A DNA stretch of 64,000 nucleotides, taken from contig NC_087437.1 in assembly GCF_036321535.1 (NCBI RefSeq), positions 112,098,001-112,162,000 on the forward strand, given 5' to 3'. The DNA comes from Camelus dromedarius. Its lineage: Eukaryota. The position numbers and the translations under genes are program-made. Positions 24,661-36,393 of the stretch are shown here, piece by piece (positions within the stretch are counted from its first letter, which is position 1; the number at the start of each line of letters is the position of its first letter). The notes beneath the pieces were generated by a model, which saw nothing but the letters and a program-made list of their open reading frames with translations, searched no databases and was not told where the DNA came from.

Positions 24661-25082
24661 TGATAAACAGGATCTAGTCCTTCCCTTGGCAGGTGTATAT
24701 TGTAGGCAGATTTTCTGGAGAGAGGAGCGAACCAGTGTGGTAGGGCTGTGAGAATCCTTTGACATTTTCGCTCACACGGGGGACCTCAGCTGTCCTGTCT
24801 CCTCGCCCCTTCCTGTCTCAGTCCATGCATGCATGTATCTTCAAGGTTATGTTCAATATTTTCTGCCATATTTATAAGTGGTTCATAAGAAAGATCTGTA
24901 TTAAATGACCCACTCTCTACCTGAATCAACCAGTTCAAGAATGGCAAATACATAATTCACTCCTACGCAATGTTGGGATTTCTGATTTTCTACATCTGTA
25001 AGAGAAGAACACAGTCTAATCTTCACAACCCACCACCAGGAGATGGTCTGAAGACCACAGCCATTCTTGAACTGCCGTAAGC

Positions 25083-25818
25083 CTGCGCTGTTCAGTATGG
25101 CAGCCACTAGACACACGCAGCTATTGAGTAAAGAGTGGATCACCCAGATCGAGATGTGCTGTCAGAGTGAAATACACACTGGGTTTGAAACCTTAGTATG
25201 AAGAAAAGAATGTAAGCTCTCTCTTTAATAATTTTTATAGTGATTCCATGATGAAATGTTAATATTCTGGACACATTGGTTAAATAAAATAGATTGCTAA
25301 AATTAATTTTACCTGTTTCTTTTCATTTTTAAAGTGGCTATTAGAAAGGTTTAAATTACATATATCTAGATGTGTAGAGGAGAAAGTGACAAAACACAAG
25401 ATTAAGTTTGGGTATTAGTGGGGAGGGTATAACTCAAGGGTAGAGTGCGTGCTTAGCATGCACGAGGTCCTGGGTTCAATCCCCAGTACCTCTATATAAA
25501 TATATAAGTTGAATTACCTCCCCCCATCACCAAAAAAAAAACCCCAAGAACAGAAAAGTAAAATAAAAGGATTGTCTCAGTCTCTTTAAAGTAAAATAAA
25601 TAAAAAATAAATAAAATATATAAATTTTTTTTTTAGTTTGGGTGTTCAAAAATATAAAAAGTAGCAAGTTAGGCCTGGGTATTAAAAGATAACGTTTAGT
25701 CTGAATACAAAGGAAACACTCAGAAACTGAAATGAATAAGGAAAAGTGATATGCTCAAATACACAAATAAGTAAATGACATACGTGATTTGAATTATATT
25801 TCTACTGGATGGCATTGC
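25083..25818 (+). mobile_element. hAT-Charlie MITE (MER33-like), split by a ~410 bp insertion at 25366-25777
   Basis: CTGCGCTGTTCAGTATGGCAGCCACTAG...GAGATGTGCTGTC..AAATACACAC...GTGGCTATTAGAAA..TTAAATTACATAT. The terminal part resumes at 25778 (ACATACGTGATTTGAATTATATTTCTACTGGA). Confidence 0.8.
25420..25634 (+). mobile_element. tRNA-Ala-derived SINE (Vic-1-like) with long composite A-rich tail
   Basis: GGGGAGGGTATAACTCAAGGGTAGAGTGCGTGCTTAGCATGCACGAGGTCCTGGGTTCAATCCCCAGTACCTC. Flanking duplication AGTTTGGGT(A/G)TT near 25405 and 25635. Confidence 0.9.
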
Positions 25819-26034
25819 TCTAAGCTGTGTTTATTACACCAGCAGAAATATATGCAGACTTTGTGTGTTGCCTCTCTTTCTTTCTCTTTCTCTCTTTTTC
25901 TTCCTTCCACTCAGTGCCATAATCTAATTTGCAGAAATCACCGATTATTTTCCCAGGATAGTTGACCTCTGTCACTCTTGCTGTCTGGTATAAGAATCAC
26001 TGGTGTGCTTGTACACTTACTCTCTGAGGCAAAG

Positions 26035-26145
26035 ACAAAGCCCTGATTTTTGCTCATTTCCATGGTGTTAATACTCCCATCATCCATGGCCAATTCCAAG
26101 CTGCTGATGTGATGTCGAAGAGCGTGGAGCTGGGACGAGAGGCAG
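26035..26145. mobile_element. hAT MITE fragment (MER63-like)
   Basis: AAAGCCCTGATTT...ATTTCCATGGTGTTAATACTCCCA..CATGGCCAATTCCAAGCTGC..GTGATGTC..GGAGCTGGGA. Confidence 0.6.
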
Positions 26146-26561
26146 TGCACACGTGTTCTGACAAGCCCACACGGTCAGCTCACCACCACTGTGAATCCTC
26201 TTCCTACTGGGGCTGAACCCCGCCACGTGGAAGGCAGGGCCCTCACTGCCACTTCGGAAGCTGCAGTTCACATATATTCCTTCTCCCCACCTGGGCACTC
26301 AGAGCTTGGGCTTATGGTTTAAGTGAGGCCAGTCACATCCCCCTGCCCAGGTCATTGAACCTGGGGGTTGAGACAGACAGGCAGGGGGCTTGTCTGGGTG
26401 TATTTGTGGTGGCCACAACTGACTCAAACATTCAGTGGTACAGAGGCTGACATGAGAAATACCGCCTGGACCAAAGTTCAGCAGGAGGGTCCAGCTGAGG
26501 CAGCAGCAAGTGTCCTGTGGCAAAGGTGACAGCAGTGGCATCCAAAGTAGACTGTTCTTGA

Positions 26562-26639
26562 GGGGAAAGTTATAGCTCAGGTGGTAGAGGGCATGCTTAG
26601 CACGCATGAGGTCCTGGGTTCAATCCCCGGTACCTCCAT

Positions 26640-26671
<32 letters not shown>

Positions 26672-26712
26672 ACAAACAAACAAACAAACAAACAAACAAA
26701 CCTAAAAAAAAA
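26562..26712 (+). mobile_element. tRNA-Ala-derived SINE (Vic-1-like) with (TAAA)n(CAAA)n tail
   Basis: tRNA-like head 26562-26638, tetranucleotide tail 26641-26700, imperfect duplication CAAAGTAGACTGTTCTTG / CAAAATAGACTTCTTG. Confidence 0.9.
26641..26700. repeat. Compound (TAAA)n(CAAA)n microsatellite (SINE tail)
   Basis: Directly visible tetranucleotide repeats. Confidence 0.95.
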
Positions 26713-27017
26713 TCAAAATAGACTTCTTGTGGCAGGATCTTGCTTGTCCCAGTTACCCCTAAACCTGGTTTCTCAGCCTTCTCATTGAGGCAATGAGCCA
26801 ACCAATCTCCCTCCATTAATTCCTCATCTGCTAGGTTAACCAGAATCAAGAACCCAGACTAGCTGTTTACTTGTAACAATCAGGTGATGTGCTATCACAG
26901 GTGATATGGCTGAAACACAGGGCAGATGCGAGGCAGGTTACCACCAGGTAAGATCGTAGGTTAGAAAGAGGGGCGCTCATCTGAACCATCAGTGGACCTT
27001 TAAAAACAGGATGTTCA

Positions 27018-27580
27018 GAATTGAAAGCAGGGACCTGAACGGATATTTGTACATTTACACTCATAGGAGCACTGTTCACAATAGCCAAAAGGTGGAAGCA
27101 ACCCAAATGTCCATCATGGATGAATGAATAAACAAAATGTGGCGTGGGTGTATAAATTTGTACATACACACACACACACACACACACATGTGTGTGTGCA
27201 CTGGAATAGTATTCAGCCTTAAAAAGGAAGGAAATTCTGATACATACAAGGTAGCTGATTCTTGAAAACATTAAACTTAGTGAAAGAAGCCAGACACAAT
27301 TTTGTATGATTCCGTTTATATGAGGTAGCTAGAGCAGTCAAATTCATAGAGACAGGAAGTAGAATGGGGGCTGCCAGGGGCTGAGGGGAACTGGGAATGA
27401 CGAGTTGTCATTTAACGGATACAGAATTTCAATTTGGGAAGATGGAAAAAGAAGTCGAGATGGATGGTGGTGATGTTTGCATAGCAATGTGAATGTACTT
27501 AAAGCCACTGAACTGGACACTTAAAAGTGGTTAAAATAGTATATTTTATTATGGTCATTTTACCACAATAAAAAAAAATT
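27018..27580 (+). mobile_element. LINE-1 3' end (L1MB-like) with an internal (CA)n(TG)n tract
   Basis: TTCACAATAGCCAAAAGGTGGAAGCAACCCAAATGTCCATCA...AAATTCATAGAGACAGGAAGTAGAATGG...TTTTACCACAATAAAAAAAA. Confidence 0.88.
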
Positions 27581-27754
27581 AAAAGATAAACCGATACGTG
27601 ACTAGGGTGGAGGCCGGGCACGTATAGGTTTTTAGAACGCCACAGGTGAGCACGCCTGATTGAGAATGACCAGGGGGAGGTGTGGAATGACTCAAATCCA
27701 AAGGGTTTGATTTCAGGGACTTTTCTGCCTGCAAGTCTTCACTAGTCTTTAAAC

Positions 27755-27915
27755 CAGAGGTGGCTTGTGGAGGGAAGGCAGCAACAGATGTGTGTTGTTT
27801 CTTTATGTTAAATGAATTAGAATTTGTCAATATTTGAAAATCAGGAAATTTTACATAAAAATCTAGATTTTGAATTTCTCTGGGAAAAATGGGAGACATG
27901 GCCACACTAGCCCAG
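27755..27915. mobile_element. Decayed hAT-Charlie element (MER102/MER103-like)
   Basis: AAAATCAGGAAATTTTACATAAAATCTAGATTT...GAAAAATGGGAGACATGGCCACACTAGCCC. Confidence 0.5.
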
Positions 27916-28813
27916 CTTCTGCGGCCCAGTGGGTGAGAGCCGGGCAAGGTTGACCCCGAGGCCACCATCTCCACCAGCCCCTTCCGTGCCACTCCAGCCC
28001 CCCACCTGGTCTTTGAGGCCTTTGGGCTTTTGATCGTCACTTGAATTGAGCCAGCTGACTGGTGCTGGGAAAGCCAGTCCCTTTAAACTGTGCTTTCAAA
28101 TAGCTTACAAAACCATCCCCTTGGTGACAGATAAATAAATACGCAGCACTAGCTACGTAAGCTAACGTGATGGTGGCACATACCAAAAAAAGCTCAATCC
28201 TCATTTTAACTTTATTGCTGACTTTCTGGGACAACTCTGTTTCCTGAAACTGTAAACTCAGGCTGTCTCTCCAACATCTAAGCTCTGCTTTGATTTTTTT
28301 TTTTTTTTAATTTAGCAGTCTTCCATATTGAATCAAATTCATCAAGACAATCCTGGATCTTACTTACCAAGGCTTTCATTTCAGGGTAACCTCAATTACA
28401 CAGGTTGCCCGTGGCCTGCAGAAGATGAGGCAGGGTGGGAGCGGGGGGTGGGGGGGGGGCAGGGTTGGTTGAGAGAATGGGTTTAAAAATATGCGTCCTT
28501 TTTTTTTTTTTAACAAAGCCAAACCCGGCTCCCTCAAGTCCCTACGCAATGACTTTAAATCCATGAAGCAGGGCAATAGAAGCCTCTTCTGATTTGGGAG
28601 TCTGTATTCAAGGCATTGCCCTGGGAATATTATAACAGGTTTGATCAACTATAGGGGAAATACTCCCAGGAGAAGGGGTAGGGAGCCATGATGCCTCATC
28701 ACAGGGTTTATAGACTGAAAAAGGAACAAAATGAGGGGAGGAGGGGGTGGCAAAGAAGTTAGTACCAATTTCTAAATTTTATTTTTCAGCTGTCTCTTTT
28801 TTGAGGCTTAAAC

Positions 28814-29208
28814 TTTTTTTTTAATTGAAGTATAGTTGATGTACAATATCATATAAGTTACTGATGTACAATGCAGTGACCCACAATTTTTAAACGTTAT
28901 ACTCCATTTATAGCTATTATAAAATATTGGCTATATTCCCCATGTGGTAAATATATCTTTGTAGCTTACTGTATATGTAATAGTCTGTATGTCTTAATCC
29001 CTTACCCCTATCCCCTGCCTCTCCCCGCTTCCTCCTCTGCATTGGTAACCACTAGCTTGTTCTCCATGTCTGTGAGTCTGTTTCTTTTTTGCTATATTCA
29101 CTAGTTTGTTGTATTTTTTAGATTCCACAGTATAAGTAATATCACTCAGTATTTTTCTTTCTCTGACTTATTTCACTGAGCATGATGCCCTCCAAGGCCA
29201 TCCATGTC
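28814..29208 (-). mobile_element. LINE-1 3' end (artiodactyl-type)
   Basis: TTTTTTAATTGAAGTATAGTTGATGTACAAT...GGTAACCACTAG..TCTGTGAGTCTGTTTC...CTGACTTATTTCACTGAGCATGATGCCCTCCAAGGCCATCCATG. Confidence 0.85.
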
Positions 29209-32200
29209 ACCTGTCTCCCTTTTAAAATGAGAGCTCAGGGTTGCTTTCCTATCTCAACTTATAGGCAAGACCTACAAGACCCGAAAATAAATTGCTTTAG
29301 TTTGAGGGTACAGAAGTTGGTTCGTGGGTGTCGCATTTGTGTGGAAGATCTCTCAGCTTTGAAACCTAGTTAACCTCAAACCTCCGACTTGGTTTCCAGA
29401 AGTCAGCACAGCGCTCACCGTTGGCCTATTAGTTTGTGTGGTCTCCCCATAAACACACACACACAGCCTGATGCTGAAGCCCGATCACCTGGCTCCGGCC
29501 AGGTGCAGGAGGAGCTCGGACAGCCGGCTGCAGGCCTGCTGGGGCCCTTCTGACTCCATCTCAGGCTGTCACCTGGGGTTCTAGTCTTACATCTCCTCTG
29601 AGACTCCTGGGCTCCCTCTGGGCCCAGGGACGGTTTCTTTAGGGAAGCAGATACTATTTATATCATAAAAGCAGACTGGATCATGCAATGTCACTTCAGT
29701 GATATAAACAAACTCATGATAAAGTTTATCATTTCAAAATAATTGTCTAGCTCAGTAGAAGTGAAATGTTTTATCCGACTGTTCTTTTGACGGAGTTCAG
29801 GTGACTAATGTGGGTACCGCACACACCTAGTTGGTAGCTTCTCCATCTTCCACAGGAAGCTTTGGAGCCCCTCAAAATGTCAATGTTCTGCCCAATACAC
29901 GTGTTGCGTTCTGCTGAGAACTTTCTGTTAACATTTATCAGACTGATGAGCCACATCCCTGCAGGACAGATTCCCCAAGAAGGCACAGTCATTCCCAACT
30001 CCTCGGCTCCCTCTGCCCCGGTTCCACTCTCTCCTTCAGGTGCCATCCTTGCTGACCCCACCTGCGATACATGCCTTCCTCACACCCGCCCACACTCTGG
30101 GTTCTTCCACCCCTGCTACTTCCTCCCATCAGCCAGTCGACCTCCATGTCCCTGTCCTCATCCACCTGCTGCAATCCTACAAACCCTTTACAACTTGACC
30201 CAAAGGCTGCTTCCTCCTTTCTGCCTCCCTTAAGCACTCAGCACCCTCCCTCTCCTTTCAATTCCTCTCTCACAGGGATCAGATCTAACTCTAGCTCCTC
30301 TCTTCCACTGTGCTGGGAAATAGGGCAAACCCTGGATGAATGTGGTGGGGCGGGGAAGAAGAGGGGAAGAGGGACAGAAGTGGGACAAGAAAGGCAGAGG
30401 GGGAGAGGAAACTCTTAAGAGTCAAGGAACGAAATGCAGTCCTAATCAAACCCTCTGATCACGTGCTCCCAGAGAAAAATAAAATCACTCCAGAAATTAA
30501 ATGGTTTCCCAGCTTTCTCAGGAATTTCAAATGCTGAACACAATACTAATAGCTTCTCTGGCTACCAATTTTATGTTCTGAAATAAAGAGAGGGTGGTAG
30601 GATGTTAGGAATACCCAGGACTACAAGATGTGGAAGAAATGCTAGGGCATTCACATTTCCAGCATATGATGGGCGAGCTCCAAGGGGCCCCATGGGTACC
30701 CAAGGAAATTCTATTCTTCATATTTTATGGCATTATCATTCTTTCTTTCGTTTTGGTTTTTGTTTTCCTGGCACCTGTTTTCTTTTCCTCCCTTAAAGAC
30801 ATTCACTGTTTGACTTCTCCCTTCCAGAAATTAGAGGTAATAGCTAGAAATATCATGAGGTTTGCAGCATTCAATCAGTTTAAAATCCGACTCCAGGTAT
30901 AAGGGTGGTTGATGAAAAATGTGTGTCTTATCTAATTAGCAAATTTTATTTTTACTTGATGTGATGTTAGAACAAGTCTATCAGAGGCTGAAATATTTTT
31001 GGCTTTTTTCTTCTATTTTCTGGCACAATTTTGTTTTAAGTTTTCTTTTATAACTGATAAATGTTTTCGGAATTTGTTCTTAACCACATATCTAATCCCA
31101 TTACTTCCTTAGTGTAAAGTAAACTAAAAATAAAACAGCAACCCCCACTCAATAAGAGAACAGTAGCACCATCACTCATAGGTAATTCAGATAAACTCAA
31201 TTATAATAAGTTCACACCAGCATCAAGCTTGAAATTCCACTGGAATTGAGAGCCCAGCAACACAACAGTAATATCCGCAGTGCCGAATCCCAGTTCTGCG
31301 TGAGAAAGAGAGTGGCTTGGTGTTACTTGTAACTGCTTTTATCTCGTTTATGGTTTTGAACATGTTTGATACCTCACTATAGCAGTAGGAGTTTTGATGC
31401 ACCAAAAAACCATTTGCGATTGCTCCCTTTTTCCTCCTTGTTTTCATCCTGATCACCTTTCAGCCAAGTCCTGGGAGGCTCCCGGGGTCCCGGCGTTCCT
31501 GTTCAACACCCGACACGCGTACACACCCATCGCCTGTGTGGGAGCCCCTGGGCAGCTACACAGTTGACTAAACAAACTTCTAATCGGTGCATCACCGAAG
31601 TGGCACTGAGGGCTTGGTCTTTTCTTCTGAGCTTCACACTTCTCCTGTGGTTCCCCCACCACATGCAGTGAAATTCGATTTTTTTTTTTCCGGTAGCTCT
31701 TGCACAACACCACTCAGGAAGGGCATAAGTTGGGCAAGCTTGATCTAAACCATGAATTCTACATTTGAGGACTTTTCTTTAGGAAACAATAAGGCATGTT
31801 ACTCAGTTACACCCTTTATAATATTATATTAGAATATTAGGGAAAGAATTACACAATAGAAAGTTACAAATTAGGAAAAAATATTGTAATAGGAAAAAGA
31901 CCACAGTACCCTTCATAATAGGAAAAAGCTAGAAATACCCTAATTGCTCAAAAATATGAGATGGGGTTAAATAATTACAATAAAGTTATAGAACAGAATT
32001 CCATGGAATCACATGGAAAATTTTTAATAAGAATCATTAACTATTAGGGGAAAATGGTCATGATATAAGTGGTAAAGGAGACTGAAAGGAGATTGTGATC
32101 CGAAGACGTATCTACATGTTGACAGTGGTGACCTCTGGGAAGCTGTGTGAGTGCTTTTAGCTTGCTCCTTTTTATGTGTATTTCCTCTAGTGAGGATGTA

Positions 32201-34998
32201 TTTCTGTTGTAATTTTTAAAACAAGGGCTAGAAATGACAACTTCTGGACTCCTTTTGCTCACACACACAATCTCCTTTGCGGAGGTCGGACCGGCTCTGC
32301 TGCTGATGCTCCCCACAGGCATCGGGGCGAGCCTGCCGGAGCACCACCGAGGCACCTGCGAGGTGGAGGTGGGGATGCTCCTGGGCGAGTCTCCTCACCA
32401 GCGGGTGCCCTGCCCCCGTGACTGGAGCTTTTCTGGAAGCAGCTTTCTAATTACAATTTATCAAAAATTTCCCTAGAACCGAACACATTTGATAGTCATG
32501 CATCTTACCTTAGTTTCCTCTTTAAAAAAATCAGGACATTTTTACCAGAATGTTTGATGACGTATGAGGATATTTATTTATATGACAGCTAAAACAGGTT
32601 AAGAAACTGTCTGCTTCCAATTGTGTATATTTTGAATTATGTGTGTTTCTTGCTTGTGACAAATGCTCCATGCTTATATCAAATGCTAACAGCAGCAGAA
32701 ACGGGGTGAGAGAATAAATAGGCACTCTCTTCTGTCTTGGCAACTCATCTCTACATCTAAAATTATTCCAAAATAGAAAGTTTATTTAACAAATAAAAGA
32801 AGTTCTTATTAACTCTATGGCACACCATTTTTCAGTATCTCAATTATTTGACATTTAATATAATAAAATCCTTTGGAAATTAAAAAAATTAAGTGTATGT
32901 ATTTTTATGTACATTAAGAGTCTCTTCACATGTAAGTTACAGACAAAAGGTGTACCTAGAAAATATACCAATATGATAACAGCCGCTTATGTCTGTGGGA
33001 TTTGGAATGGTTTTTAACTCTTTCTTTAGTTTTTCTGAACTTTTAAGATTTTACTCCAATGAATATGATTACTTTTATATAATTATTACTTATATAGATC
33101 AGAGTTATATAATATATAAAAATAACATTACTTTTATGAGGTTTCTTTCATAATCAGACAAAACATTTAATAGGCTCTTGGATTTCCCAAGAGCCTCAGG
33201 AGCCGCAGGAAGGCTGAAATTGTACACAGCCAGGCAAAGCTATCGGGAGACCCAGACAGAGATGTATGTGCTGTTACTAGTATGTTCAAACTCTAGGTAC
33301 TGTACATGGTTAATATGAATTAAACACAAGCAGCTAATAATACTTTTGAAACCACCAAGTCAACTTGATAATGACAGTATTCCTTAATTAGCACAATGAA
33401 AAGCTTAGCAACTATTGCCCATCGAATGAATGGGCGGCAGAAAGAAAAGCTTCTTTTCTTTCTAAAGCTTAACATTAAAATTAACCGTATCTGTTACCTT
33501 TGGTGCAAAAAGGAAAGACAGAAGGCTGTTCATTTAACTGGCATTTTGCCCTCAGACATCTATGCCTGGGCAATTCATGGGACAGATAGACTCCTAAAAC
33601 TCATCCTCTAAAACAATATTTCTGGGGGAAAAAGATCAAGAAAGAGAAAATGATGTCAGGCTTTCAAGCAATTAATAGTACTTTTCTGGGGTCTAGTAAT
33701 TTTTCCCAGAGAAGTGACGAGACAGACAAATGGCAGATAGAGGAAATAATGTCGTGGCGTTATTGCAACTGCTCGTGCAGTGGTCGTGAAAATGTAAACA
33801 GCAAGACAGCTGTAAGAAGACCCCAGACTTTGCCTAGAAACGAAATATTCAGTCTGTTGTTGTTGTCGTTTCTTACTGCAGGATTTTGAGTGGAAAAGTA
33901 GTCCCCCTTGTCAATCAGCTAAGTTGCAGGGGCTAATAGATTCTGGTGTTTAGGGGGGTCAACACAGAATTTAATTTAACATCTCACAATACGCCCACAT
34001 GCCCAGAAAATGTGGACAGCTTGATGGGGTTCACTGAGCCAAAGAAGCAAGACCCAAACAGTGCATTAATGTATAGAGGAAGAATGGTTGCAATCAGCCC
34101 CTTGTGAATTGGACAGAGGGCTTGGAGATGAAGCAATTATCAGCCATCGGGGATTAATAGTAAAGTGTGAATACCAAGCTGTATATGTTAGGGGCAGAAT
34201 ATGTTGCCTATAGAAAACAACAAAGGACGTTCCTTACTATTAAGTGAGATTAAACGTAATGGCCTGATTTAATCACAAAGGCAGAATTAAATTCAGATGG
34301 CAACTTCAAAGTGGACACATGAACACAGGCCACTGCTTACATTTACATATAGCTGGAATAGCTTGGCCCACAGCACAATAGGATAAAGTTTCTTTGGCCA
34401 CTTAAACAATTTTCTATTCTCCACTTTCTTTGTGTGAACACTCACTGTATTTATTCCGCGATTGCATTTAGTTAATAAGAAGGAGCTAAGAGTTATATTT
34501 ATTCATGGATGCCATAATTTTTAATTCTTTCAAATTATGAAAAAAAAAAGTCACAAAAAGTCAGCAGAACAGAGTAGTTATAATCGGATTGACAAAAAAG
34601 AAAAAAGAAAAAGAAGCAAAGACAAAACAAAATAAAACAAAAAAATTTCTGATAGAGTGTTCCAGTGTCTTACTTTTTTATCTGCCGTCAACTTAGGAAC
34701 TCATCATTGGAGGTCCAAACTTAGCTCCTGTGAAATGTAGCTTTCTCCCTACTTGGGCCTGGGGCTCTGTTATCACCATGCTGTCCAAGCGAGTTATTCT
34801 TCAATATAGGTTGGTCCCCCTTTCCTTCTTTGTTACTGAAGGTTTGCTTCCTTCTTCACTTACAACTTAAAGGGAATTCTCTTAAGAGGTTTGGGAGACA
34901 GAAACCTGTCACAGGTTTAAAGGGATTGAGACGCTTATTGTTAGTGGGTCCCTGGGGAATTTCAAGCACCAATGACTTGAATTAAAAAATTAAGTATA

Positions 34999-35072
34999 TG
35001 CTGTACATCAAAAACTGACACAACATGGTAAACTGACTACACTCCAATAAAAAACACAAAACGAAATGAAGC
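34999..35072 (+). mobile_element. Extremely 5'-truncated LINE-1 insertion
   Basis: TGCTGTACATCAAAAACTGACACAACATGGTAAACTGACTACACTCCAATAAAAA matches the end of the L1 at 5158-5329. Flanked by duplication AAAAAT(T/G)AAGTATA. Confidence 0.8.
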
Positions 35073-35339
35073 AAAAATGAAGTATAGTGTCTAAAAGTCA
35101 CGATTGCCTTTGTTCAATGCCCAACCACTGAATACATCTGAAGCTTTTGGATTCATAAAAATTTCTTGCAAATTTTATCTACATATGTAATATATATTTA
35201 TTACTTTACCTATATGTGTAAAACAGTTTTATAATTTTATATACCTATATAAAATATAATTTGATTACATATATTATAATGATCACAATGTAATATAGTA
35301 TACATTATATAACATATAAATTACGTATTATATAAATGA

Positions 35340-35880
35340 TTAATGACCCTACCCTTCGAGTCAGCAATCCTTCTTCAGAGAATTTCTTCTAAATAAGCAT
35401 AGCATGAGGACTGAAAGATTTATGTATTAGGACATTCATCACAAAGGTGCTTTTAATATTAAGACCAAATAGGAATTGATCAAAATGCCTAACGTCCTTA
35501 GGGATGAGATTAAGAGATTTTGTTATAAGTTTACAATAAAATTCTACACAGCCATTTTAAATAATCTGAGTCTGAAATGATCTGAATGATCTGAAATAAT
35601 AATCTGGGGCTCTAGTTCATTAGATAGATAAATTAGGGAAAGATGTCATAACATATTGTAATTTGTAGAATTTGTGTATAATATGACTTTAAGTATGTCT
35701 AATTGTGTGTGTGTATGTGTGTGTGGTGTGCGTGTAAAGAAATGTTTGTGGCAATGTTACTGGTGTTTATATCTGGATGGTGAGATTTTGGTTGATTTTT
35801 ACTTTTTTTATTTCTTGATTGTTTTTAACAATTAACAAGAATTACTTTTACAATCAGAAAAGAAATTTTATTTTTGAAAA
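35340..35880 (+). mobile_element. Decayed ancient LINE-1 (L1ME-like)
   Basis: GAGTCAGCAATCCTTCTTCAGAGAATTT, GACATTCATCACA, TTCTACACAGCCATTTTAAA, TTTATATCTGGATGGTGAGATT. Confidence 0.55.
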
Positions 35881-36312
35881 ATAATCATGTTTTTGAGAGG
35901 ATTTGATAAACATTTTGGAAGTGATTTTAAGGGCAGAAAATGAGATTTTCAGAGCATAAGGAAATACAATACTCTGAGAAATTCTAGTAACAATAATAGT
36001 AGTGATATAGTTAGTAATCATGCTATATTTCTATTTTTTTACAGTCTGGTTTAAGCACAGGACCCTTCTCCAGGGAGCTGGAAGTATTTTTAACTTACTT
36101 TCCTAATAGGCCTGGAGATAAGGAAAAATACACAGCTAAGAAGGTCTCAAGAGATGGGGTGACTTCTTGGAAGTACACAGTCAAGACATAACCAGGAGCA
36201 GACCCATCTCTACTACATAGTTGGGTACCAGTCACCTAGGAAAATATGATGTTCCTCTGGCCGTAGGCAGGTAACACTCAAACACAGCCACTGCTTGGCG
36301 ATGAGGGAGGTG

Positions 36313-36341
36313 GTGCACGCATGCGCACACAGACACACGCA

Positions 36342-36391
<50 letters not shown>
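36313..36391. repeat. (CA)n microsatellite with imperfect purine-pyrimidine lead-in
   Basis: About 24 uninterrupted AC units at 36343-36391, preceded by GTGCACGCATGCGCACACAGACACACGCAG. Confidence 0.97.
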
Positions 36392-36393
<2 letters not shown>

